A stretch of DNA of 62,320 nucleotides, counting the filler, from Catajapyx aquilonaris (taxonomy: Eukaryota): assembly GCA_000934665.2 (NCBI GenBank). It is 4 parts of 4 records of this genome, joined end to end, with 100 filler letters (N's around TTAATTAATTAA, not from the genome) between each part and the next. Parts side by side here need not be neighbours in the genome. Positions count along the whole stretch, not along the records: positions 46,856 to 62,320 come from JYFJ02007486.1; 3 more parts are not named here. One strand, written 5' to 3'. Below, one piece after another: positions 48,415-58,704 of this stretch. Positions within the stretch are counted from its first letter, which is position 1, and every line of letters starts with the position of its first letter. Below the pieces are notes generated by a model. It saw only the letters and a program-made list of their open reading frames with translations, had not been told where the DNA came from and searched no databases. The position numbers and the translations under genes were made by a program.

Positions 48415-51391
48415 ATGGCCAAGATCAAAGGTATTGTATAGAGGGAGAGAGTGAATAAAATAGGAATTGACGTGGAAGATAAATTTGCCAAAATTATGCA
48501 TAGTCATGAATGCGAAAATTTTTGCGGAAATTGTGCCCTCTTGGAATGTTGCATAAGGGGCACAAAATATGTGCTAAATGTTCGTGGTTGCAGTGTGTAC
48601 ACACGATAGTAATAGTTGCGAAGCTAATTACACTTTTGAATGCAAAAGCGTGCATGGTTTTCACTCATTGCTTGTACTGTTGCTGTTGAATAAAAATTTC
48701 ACTTTTTAATGTTAAAATGCGGTTGCCTTGTGTTTGCACATGACACTTTACGATCAATGTAAAAAAGCAGGGTGCAGGACAACAATGTTGTGACATTTCC
48801 CATAATTTGTAGCATCCTGTGCACAACATGTTCGCACTGTGAGCAACATTAATGACATTAATATCAGTTCTTTAATTTCAGTCGGACCCGTCGTGGACAT
48901 CCTCGGTGATGAAATGACCAGGTAAGATAAGCTTTTTTGTATGGTTTTAACACAAAAACAAACATTCTTGTAATCTGTTGATACATAAAATGTCATAAAT
49001 ATTGTAAAGGGTCGGCCAAGCGGCACGAGCCGCAGACCGAGCCTGGAATAAATAAACACCTACAACAACAACAACAACAACATAAAATGTCATGACCAGG
49101 GAGGTCTTTAGGTAGAAAGTTCCCAAACTAAGTCCGAGTCAGTCGCATGCCACATTTTGCATAATGAAAGACCTGGTTTTACAAAGCGGCATCGTTTTAA
49201 ATCCTTGTCTCACGTAAATATTCTTTTCAAGGATCATCTGGGATCTGATAAAAGAGAAGCTGATCCTTCCCTTCCTGGACATTGAGCTGCACACCTTCGA
49301 CCTGGGCATACAGAGTCGAGATGCAACAGACGACCAGATCACAATTGACTGCGCAGAGGCCATCAAGAAGTACAATGTCGGGATCCAATGCGCGACAATC
49401 GCACCGGATGAAAAGAGAGTCGAAGGTACTATATCAGAAGCAGAGAGACTAATTATTTGCATTTTGCAGCCTGCACTTGAAAATCAGAAGGAGTAACAAT
49501 CAGCAGTTTTGTAACGCACTTCTGAGCATGTTTTTCATATTTGCGAAAAGTAATATTTGAATATATCCAGAGTTGATAATTATACAGTATATTCAAATCG
49601 CAGAAAGTTGCAGATTTCGCTGTGCCAAATAAACTTGGTCATGATCATTTCCCTATAATGGGACACTTTACTTGTCAATTTAATGCACGAGACCAGACCC
49701 GGCCTCGGAATTTGTAGGGAGGCGGTGCTGAAAAAATTTAAAAACTCTCTTGAAGGCCGAGGGCCTATTGCATCACAATAGAACTGCTAAAGCGTATGTT
49801 TCGGAAAGACCCTCGAAAATACACAAATTTACTTTTACACGTGGAAAATGAAACATTATAGAGAAAATCAGCAACTAAACGAGGTGGTGGTTCTGCATAA
49901 ATGTTTAATGGCAATAAATTTCATGAGCAGTAAATTGGAAATTGCTTGACTAAGACCTTTGGCTGAATCAGCTGGTGAAGGTCTTACGTGCGCCTGCCTT
50001 TCATTCCGCCACGGAGGTCTTATAACTGTTTTTTTCACTGAGGGGAATGTTTTTGCTCTTATGTAGTATGTATATTGTGTACACTGCAATATACACTTTT
50101 TGCCTTCTCTGCTCGTAATAGAGCTCAAGCTGAAGAAGATGTGGAAGGCTCCGAACGGCACGATCCGTCACATCCTTGGAGGAACGGTGTTTCGAGAGGC
50201 CCTGATATGCCACAACATTCCAAAATTCGTACCCGGCTGGACCAAGCCCATCATAATCGGCCGTCACGCCCATGCTGACCAGTACAAGGCTACGGACTTT
50301 GTGGTTCCTGGCGAGGGAACACTGGAGCTGACGTTCAAGCCTAAGGGAGGTTCGGCTCAGGTGATATCCCACACGGTGCACGAGTTCAAAGGCCCAGGAA
50401 TAGCCCTCGGGATGTTCAACACAGACGAGTCCATCCGTGCCTTTGCGCATTCGTCCTTCAAGTTTGCGCTTCAGAGGAGCTACCCTCTGTACATGTCCAC
50501 CAAGAACACGATCCTGAAGAAGTACGACGGCCGGTTCAAGGACATATTCCACGAGATTTACGAAAAGTAAGTTGTCAATTGCGCATGATGGGATAAGCTT
50601 TAACCGCTACTTCCGCAGAGACTACAAGACTCAGTATGAGGCTAAGGGACTCTGGTATGAGCATCGACTGATTGACGACATGGTGGCCTTTGCGCTCAAG
50701 TCTGATGGCGGTTTTGTCTGGGCCTGCAAGAACTACGACGGAGACGTGCAGTCCGACACTGTCGCTCAAGGATACGGTCAGTTTCATATCACAGTTTGTG
50801 ACGTCAGCTAATTTTTCAACCGTTTGCAGGCTCCCTTGGGATTATGACGTCCATGTTGGTCTGCCCTGATGGAAAGACCATCGTAGGGGAAGTGGCCCAC
50901 GGAACAGTCACTCGTCACTACCGATTCCACCAGCAAGGAAAGGAAACATCGACTAATCCAATCGGTAAGGTTTGCACCGAATCTGACCTGGTCGTATCAA
51001 TAAATTCCATCCAATTGCAGCCTCCATATTCGCATGGATACGCGGCCTGGCGCACCGAGCGAAATTGGACAACAACGACGCTTTAGCCAAATTCTGCGCC
51101 ACCTTAGAACACGTTTGTGTTGAGACAATCGAGTCCGGAGACATGACTAAAGATCTGGCCATCTGCGTGAAGGGAATGTCCAAGTACGTTATTAATCACA
51201 ATTGTATTGTACGACTTGCTAACATTCCATTCTCTTACAGCGTGGCACGTGGCGACTACCTCGACACATTCGCGTTCCTGGACAAGCTGGCTCAGAACCT
51301 CCGTAAGAAGATGGAGCATGACTCGATTAAAGACTCTAGGAATGGAACGTACGGTAGCAAAGCGATAAGCAACGGGGAAACGACATCATGA
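48415..51391 (+). CDS. IDH1: NADP-isocitrate dehydrogenase paralog, copy B (complete, divergent active site)
   Basis: Eight phase-consistent exons: 48415-48430, 48882-48921, 49232-49425, 50122-50566, 50619-50776, 50830-50964, 51021-51183, 51241-51391. Starts [29 protein letters not shown] with no transit peptide and no internal stop. Confidence 0.95.
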
Positions 51392-52164
51392 TCATCCCGC
51401 ATGTACCAGCCCGAGAATGACGGAGATGAACACCTCGAGGCTTTTTCCCCAGTGATTGATATGTTATTCACTTAATTTGACAAATGGTGAGGGGATTTCA
51501 AATTTGATTTTAGAATGTGAGTAGTTTTGTTTTTATTTCGCAAATTTTTTTGAGACACCATATATTGGCAATTTTTATCTGTTATCTTTCTTTGTGTGTT
51601 CAGTTTATTCTGTTGGCTCTTATGTAAGCGTATTTCTTATAATAAAAAAAAAGAACCTTTGCGTTCTAGATTGGCACGATTCCATTGGCCATTGCCCAAT
51701 ATATTAATGACCTCGTTTGCCTGTTGTAGTACCTGTTGTTGCCTGTTGTACATGTACTTGGATTGCAGTTATTTGATGGTCTTGTTAACAAATGGAGCAA
51801 AATGTTCCAACAGATCGCAAGTAGTATAAAACGGAGTTTTATTCTCCAAAGATGAATCCTTTGTGTACACAAAAATTTACATTAATCTACATGCCACAAA
51901 AATAAGAGACGCCCGCCTGCACTTTTAGTAACAATCTTACAAAAAAAAAAAAGGCAGCGATTTGGCGTCTCTGTATTTCTTGTATATTCCGTTGAGCATA
52001 TAAAATTGTGGAAAAAAGCTGCCGGAAAAAAAATATATTGATTTCAACAACCAATACGGAATAGGGGAAAAAAAATGTTATGTAACAAAAAATCTCTTTC
52101 CCTCTGTAATAATATAAACTAGACAACACAGTTTTTCATTTTCTATAAAAATCGCTGGGTGAAT

Positions 52165-54935
52165 TCACCTCTTGGTCCTCCGCTGCCATCGGTCCTTCCT
52201 CAGTTCCGCTTTCATAGTTTCCTCCAGTGACGGCACTTTCTTTACCGCTTTCGTCGCTTCCTTTTTCGGTTCCGTCTTCAGTTCTGCCTGATTATCCTCC
52301 TCCTCCTCAGCCATTGCTTTAAATATTTTGCTGAGGTTTTTTGGCGTGATAACTCCGCTGATGTCTCCAGCAACGTTTGCGTCCTCGACAAAACTTGAGC
52401 TTGCAGGAAGCGACCGTTCTCCAGCGAAACGAGTCGGGGAATCCCACAGAGAGCAAGATGGACCGCCAGGACTGTCATCGCTGGAATAGCAAACGTATTA
52501 AGACAAATTGATGATACCGCTAAGGGTAACTTACTCATAAAAAAGAATCCTTCGTGGTGCTAGCACAGGAGAGCCTTTCCCTCCGACAAATGCAGTGCCC
52601 ATTCCAGCCGCCCTGCACCGAATGCTGTTGGGCGTGGAGTTGACTGGACGTGCATCGTCTTCCAACTTCGATGGCGACCCGTCATGTATCGCAAAGAATG
52701 TTCTCCGTGGCTCGTCCTCCGTGTCGGAAAATGACTTCTCCCACTCATCCCATGGCAGGTTGGGATTTGTGTTCGTCGGCGTTGGGCACACTTTTGCAGG
52801 TTGCGGCCTATTCCATCTGATGTGACACCTTCCCATCACTTTTCTAGTGAAATACGGAATCCTCTGGAGCACCCTGCAAATCCTGCAACAACAACATTAG
52901 TCACACGCACATGTTCTTCTCAACGACAAGTCGAACCTGGAACTTCTATCAAAAGCTTTGACAATCGGAAGCTGGAGTAACGCGGCAGCTGAGGCTCGCT
53001 TGGATGGATTCGGATTGAGCATGGACTCTAACACTTCTTTCAAATCCGGAGACATCTCGTCGACAAACTGCTTCGGTACGGCTCCTCGTCTCAGCAGGTG
53101 CCACAGCTCACCGTTATTCGGCAGGGCTGCGTCTGTCTTCAGCTCGAGGATGGACATCCCCAGGCTGAACACGTCCGCGGCGGATGTGAACTGACCCTGC
53201 ATTGTCTCGGGAGCAAGGTAGCAAGGATCGCCTTCAGTCGCAGTCTGATCTTCACCCTGGTTCAGGTCGACGGTGATGCTGAAGTCGCCAAGCTTGCAAT
53301 GGGTGCCATCCTGCGAGATGAAGATGTTGTCCGGTTTCACGTCCAAGTGAAGAAGCCCCAAGTCGTGCAGGTACTTCAGCCCCTGTAATTACGGAATATA
53401 GCAAGCGCTCCTGAACTGGACTAATCGCAGTGCGTACCTTAAGCAAGTCGACGAGGTAGAACCACACTAAGTGCTCCGGAAGCGCACCGACGGCTGCGCA
53501 CTTGGTACTTAAGCTGGATTCGCACAGCTCCATTTGGATATACAACGTCTGCTTCTCCTCCCACGCGCGGATGAACTTCACGAGGTTCGGATGGGACGCA
53601 AGCTGCTCGTGCTTCTTCACTTCCTCCAACTTGCGCCGCCTAAAACCGCAACATTAAGCGCTGACAAACACACACCTAATTGCGCTAATTACCTGTCGGC
53701 CTCTCCGCGAAACTTCTCCTTGCACTTCTTGACGGCGTACTCGGTCCCGTCCTCCTTGCTCCTGACCCTAAACACGTCTCCGAAGGATCCGGACCCAAGC
53801 CGCTCCAGTATGTCGAAGCACTGCTTGAAGTACAGCTCCTTGATGTTCTGATTGTACACGCCATTGTTGAAGATGAAGGAGTTGGAGTTGTCAGAGTCCT
53901 CCCGGAAGCTGATGGCCTGCGGCGCCTGCGACGAAGCGGAGCTGTTCCTGCACAGCTTGCTGTAGTGGACGCTCGACTTGTTGGGCGGACGGGGAGGGCA
54001 CTTCCGCCTCGGAGTGGGGCAGGCCTGGAGAGGAAGGAACAAAGGAATAATGATCAATCGTCATGAATGTGCACACTGCGCTGCCGTTCTCTTGGATTAT
54101 AAGGGATAGTTTGTCCATGGCGACATCACATGGCAACAGGTTACATGGCAACACACAGTACCCCCATTTACTTACTAGTCCTATAAAAGGGAAAGTTAGT
54201 CCTATAAGCCTAAGGGAAAGTTTGTCCCTAGCAACATTACATGGCAACATACAGTACCGCCGTTTACTTACAAGTTAGTCCTACCAGGGAAAGTTTGTCC
54301 ACGGCAACATTTCATGGCAACGCCCCACACTCCCATTTACTTGGAACTTGTAAGGTAAAGTTTGTCCATGGCAACATGGCATGCTCCTACTTACTTGGCT
54401 TATGCAAGGGAAATTTTGTCCATGGCAACGTTACTGTTCTCCCATTTGCGGCTTAATATTCTCCTGCCATGTCCGTGGCAACATCCCATGCCAACATGCA
54501 GTACTCCCATTTATTTGGTCTTACAAGGCAAAGTCTGTCCATGGCAACATCATTGTTCTCCCATTTACTTAATATTCTCCTGCCACGTCCATGGCAACAT
54601 CCCATGCCAACATGCAGTACTACCATTTTATTTGCTTTTACTCTTATAAGGTATAGGGTTTGTCCATGGCAATGCACCGCGGCAATCATGGCAGTATCCC
54701 ATGACAACAGGGCTTTTCATGGCAACGGCACATAAAAAGGCATGGGTTGTTCGTTTGTTTGTCCATACTGTGTCGTTACCGCCTTGGGCACATGGCAACG
54801 GTGTGTGTGGCCATGGCAACGTTTGTTTGTTTGTTTGTGTGGTTATTATTTTACCNTCCTCCTCTCCTTGGACGAGTGTCTCCTGCCACTTGTTGGTCCC
54901 TTGCCGAGCAGCCAGGACACGGCCGAGGCCAGCAT
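52165..54935 (-). CDS. PKMYT1: Myt1 (Wee1-family, Cdk1-inhibitory) kinase
   Basis: Exons 54024-53693, 53639-53438, 53382-52937, 52882-52535, 52480-52165. A tentative first exon lies at ~54935-54855 and contains an N. Motifs YFKQCF..LGSGSFGDVF..YAVK, LYIQMELC, HLDVKPDNIF, EGDPCYLAPE, ADVFSLG, LPNNGELWHLLR and C-terminal PKNLSKIF. Confidence 0.92.
54110..54825. repeat. Dense array of (C)CATGGCAAC motifs in a degenerate tandem repeat in the Myt1 5' intron
   Basis: About 20 exact or 1-2 mismatch copies in one orientation, including a ~115-bp duplication (54438-54550 vs 54555-54625). Confidence 0.8.
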
Positions 54936-55752
54936 GGCTCTACACTATACCGATGCAGCAACGCGCAGCACACACCGACCCCTCACCAGGATATTAATTA
55001 ATTAATTATAAAATGAAAGGTCGACGACACAAAAGCCGGAGAAGAGACACGAACACAACAAAACGAGAGAGAGAGAGAGACGCCAGCGCCATCTTGGAAA
55101 GAAAATAATGTCTCGAGAAGAAGAGAAAGGCGACTGCGGCGACTCCAAGCGGATGGAAAGGACACTGTCACTTGTTGGCACAAGAGAGGCAAGAGCAGCT
55201 GCGCCCATCTAGTGGCCGCTGCTCAAACTAGAATCGGGCGGGATTTCTGAATGCCATGAAAACCGACACGGACAAACAAACGGACAGACAAACTTTGCAT
55301 TTTATCTCTCTATCTACATATACAAAAAAAAAAGAGGCAAAAGTTTGTTTGCTTGCCCATAGCGCGATACATAGCAACGACTCTCCATCCATGGCAAATA
55401 ATATGTCTGTTTGTTTGTTTGTTTGTTTGTTTGTCCATGGCATCAGTGATTGATGTTGATTACATTGCCATGGAAACAGGCCGTGGGCGAAGAACGGGTT
55501 CTACTGCTAGTAGTTTCATACCGTATAAAAAGGCATCCTTATTCATTCGTTTGTTTGTCCAGGTTTGGCAACCCATGGCCAATGGCTTTCCAAAGTGGTT
55601 GTTGAACTGCCGTGGACACAGGCCGTGTGACTATATGCTGATTAGAAAATTAAGGTGACGACGAGTACGTACAAAGTGATGGCAGGAGTCAATTAAACAG
55701 CTACGTAATCACAAGTGGGTGTAACATTTTATTGAAAACATGTAAGCTATCA

Positions 55753-56502
55753 TCACCCATACACAAACCCTGCGAAATAAAAATTTAGTGTTAGACCAAA
55801 TAAAGTGTGTAGGGTCTGTTTCGTGTGGTGTGATATACTTGCCTCTGTGTGCATATGGGAATGGAAGAGTGTTGTAGTACCCGTGGCCCAGAGTGGGCAG
55901 ACCATAGTACCCATGGCCGGGGGCGAATGGGGTGGGTGCCAGAGCAGGGGCCGGTACGCTGTAGTAAGGGTATGACGACGAGTAGTAGTAAGGATGATGA
56001 CCCGCAGCCGTAGCGTAGTAGGGATGACCAGCAGCTGCCGAGTAGTACCCGTGGTGATGGTGAGCCCCACGTTTGGTCACCACTTTGGAGTCATCGGTCT
56101 GGCAGTGACACAAGGTCACGCAGGCCACCAGGAGAATCACAGGAAGTAAAATCTGGAAAATCAATCAATCCCTTAATTGTAGTTAATCAATCACGCAATA
56201 GAGCCATCAATGAATTAATTGCAGTTAATTAGTCGCCAATTAATTTTAATTAGTGACTAATTAAATAATATAATTAAAAATAAATAATAAATAATGTAAT
56301 ATAAATAATTAAATAAATTGGCCTGTCCAGGCTTCCCAACTGTCCATGTAGTTCCCATATTCCTCAATAGATGGGACAGTGTCCCTCTATGAACAGTGCT
56401 GCCACTCTCAGGGGGTGTGGGGAAAAGTGGTACTACCAAGGTACTACTAGTGATGACTCACTGCAGACAAATAGCAAGCGATCCGGAGGAACTTACCTTC
56501 AT
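55753..56502 (-). CDS. Secreted His/Tyr/Gly/Pro-rich low-complexity protein (cuticle-protein-like)
   Basis: Exons 56502-56497 (ATGAAG|GTAAGT), 56152-55843 and 55769-55753 encode MKILLPVILLVACVTLCHC-QTDDSKVVTKR-GAHHHHGYY...PYAHRGFVYG*. Signal peptide, KR site, upstream TATA box and AATAAA at ~55727-55732. Confidence 0.8.
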
Positions 56503-56550
56503 GGTTTAACCCGAATGACGAGTAACGATAAATCCAATGGTCCCCCATAG

Positions 56551-56559
56551 TATTTATAT
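56551..56559 (-). promoter_or_regulatory. TATA box of the His/Tyr-rich gene
   Basis: TATAAATA on the minus strand ~50 bp upstream of the ATG at 56502. Confidence 0.65.
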
Positions 56560-57033
56560 GGGCTGAACTTTCACAATGCAAAAGTCATCAGCGTCTTTTG
56601 GGCTGTTCGCCATGACATAACCATATTTTCTCTCATAATATTTCCATAATGTGTTTGGTGGAGGAAGTAAACATATTGCCGGAAGGGCAAGGACAATAAC
56701 TTTCACCATAAAGGGCTCAGCTCATCATCATCAACTCATGAATAATTAACCGTTTCATTAAATATTGAGAGAAACAATTACAACTTTGACAACGATACCG
56801 GCCAAAGTTGATTGCCATTCAATATTGGCAAGAATTAATCATCAGAAGAAAGGAAAAAAACAAATTGCCCATTGTTATTCGCATTAACAATTTCTAAATC
56901 GAAACCATGGTTATTCAGTTTAAATTTTTCCGTATATTTAAGTGATTCTTGGGAGTCACCTGCTCCAAGTTTCACCTCCGCATATGTTGGGAGCGGCTTA
57001 GAAGAAGTCCAGCTTCATCATTGGTACAACATC

Positions 57034-58363
57034 ATGCAAAATTTAAAAAAGTCAACCACGCCACGGCCAGATCCAAGTCGAAGCAGATCTTTGTGTGAGT
57101 AAAAATATATCACAATGCTACAAGTTAACTAGACCTCAATATGATTGAGTACAGTACATAGAATTTTGTATGCCCACAAAATAAGCTGAAAATAAATGTT
57201 CATGAATTAAATTACATGTAAATTGCAGACTGGAAGCATGTGCAAGACGACTTGGAGGCATGCCGGGCAAGGAAGGGATTGTTGGAAGAAGCTGCTCGTG
57301 ACAGTAAACTTGGGACAAAATCTCTTCCAGACAAACAGACCAAGTCTGCAATCAGCAGGCGCATGTCTTCAAAGGTAAGTCAAATGTACTGAACGTAATC
57401 ATCATACGCTAGTTATGCTCATTAAATATTTAGCCACCGGTGTACTTGACCAAATATTCCAAGCCGATTTCAACACAGACTTCCACGAATTGTGAACCCG
57501 GCCTGGTCATCGTGGGTACCAAAATCAACCCATCTGCTCCCAATCTGTCTGAAAGACCGAAGCGGTACAAGTACCAAGTGACCGTAGCGAAGGAACAGAT
57601 CTTTCTGGAGACTACTCCAATAGACGAGGAGGCCGACGTGAAGAACGCAGCCTCGGAGGATCAGGACTTAACACTAAGCAAACGGCCTCCGATGCCGCTA
57701 ATGCCGAGACATTCAAGCAGATGCCCCATGGCTTCACCCAGAAGCTGCACTGTACCAAGATCCAACGATGCCCTCCGCAGACTGGAGTTCAAGGATGACA
57801 CTTTCCACTGGGTGGAACGATGCGTGGAGAAGCCAGAGCCCGAAGTCGACTCTAAGGATGCTTGCCAGAAGCTTCCTATGTCCATGACCAAACTCATGAC
57901 GGTGCTGGGAAGGTCAGGCAAAGTACAAGTTCCGGACCAGCCGCCAAAGCCAAAGCCACGGACTCCGAAGCTGCAACCGATACGCGTGATACGTACAACA
58001 AAGTTCAAGGAGCAGAAGAAGACCAACCAGTTTGGGTACTCTCCCTCGATATTTTTTCCCGAGCCGCAGAAGCCGAAGCTCAGATGGCTCACATTTCCGC
58101 TGCCAGAGAATTTTATGGACGCAGCGTCAGAGTCAAGTCTCTTCAGCAGCGATATCGTCTGGCCGACTCCGGACAGCGCCAAGTCAGGTCTCTTCAGCAG
58201 CGATATAGTCTGGCCGACTCCGGACAGCGCCAAGTCAGGTCTCTTCAGCAGCGATATAGTCTGGCCGACTCCGGACAGCGCCAAGTCAGGTTCCAAAAAA
58301 CCATCCTCTCCACGCAGCACGCACAGCTCACCCAGCACCGAATCATGGTGGTCCTTTATTTAA
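57034..58363 (+). CDS. Uncharacterised basic Pro/Ser/Lys-rich protein
   Basis: Phase-compatible exons 57034-57094, 57229-57374, 57434-58363 with GTGAGT/GTAAGT donors. The last exon is a ~310-codon open frame. The true start may lie further upstream. No recognisable domain. Confidence 0.65.
58139..58291 (+). repeat. 3 x 51-bp coding tandem repeat (LFSSDIVWPTPDSAKSG)
   Basis: Three copies differing by one synonymous base (ATC/ATA). Confidence 0.95.
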
Positions 58364-58704
58364 AGTCACTGATGCAAAATTTTGGGAAGAGCCTACAAAA
58401 GATGTAAAATGACAATATTAAATACATGAGACGTGCCTTTATCACAAATGAAGCCTGGATTAAGCCGAAAAGCGATTATTCAAAATGCACTGTACGCAAA
58501 TTTATTTTCAGTTATTTTACTTGAGCTGCGTTTACATGAGAGCAATTTGCACAGCAATGAGCATCGCCTTGCGATGAAATCAATTTTTCAGGAGTGAAAC
58601 ACGATTGTTACTTTTGGCCTAAACAATTGGTTTCATCACTCACATTGCATCGCTCGAATTGCTCACAGGTAAACTTTATTTCAAAAAATTGATGTTCTGG
58701 ACGT

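Noticed and set aside
50001..50552. 183-aa antisense ORF over IDH exon 4
   Set aside because: Codon-bias shadow of the IDH coding strand.
57661..58407. 225-aa antisense and 181-aa alternative-frame ORFs
   Set aside because: Shadows of the main + frame, which alone joins upstream exons in phase.
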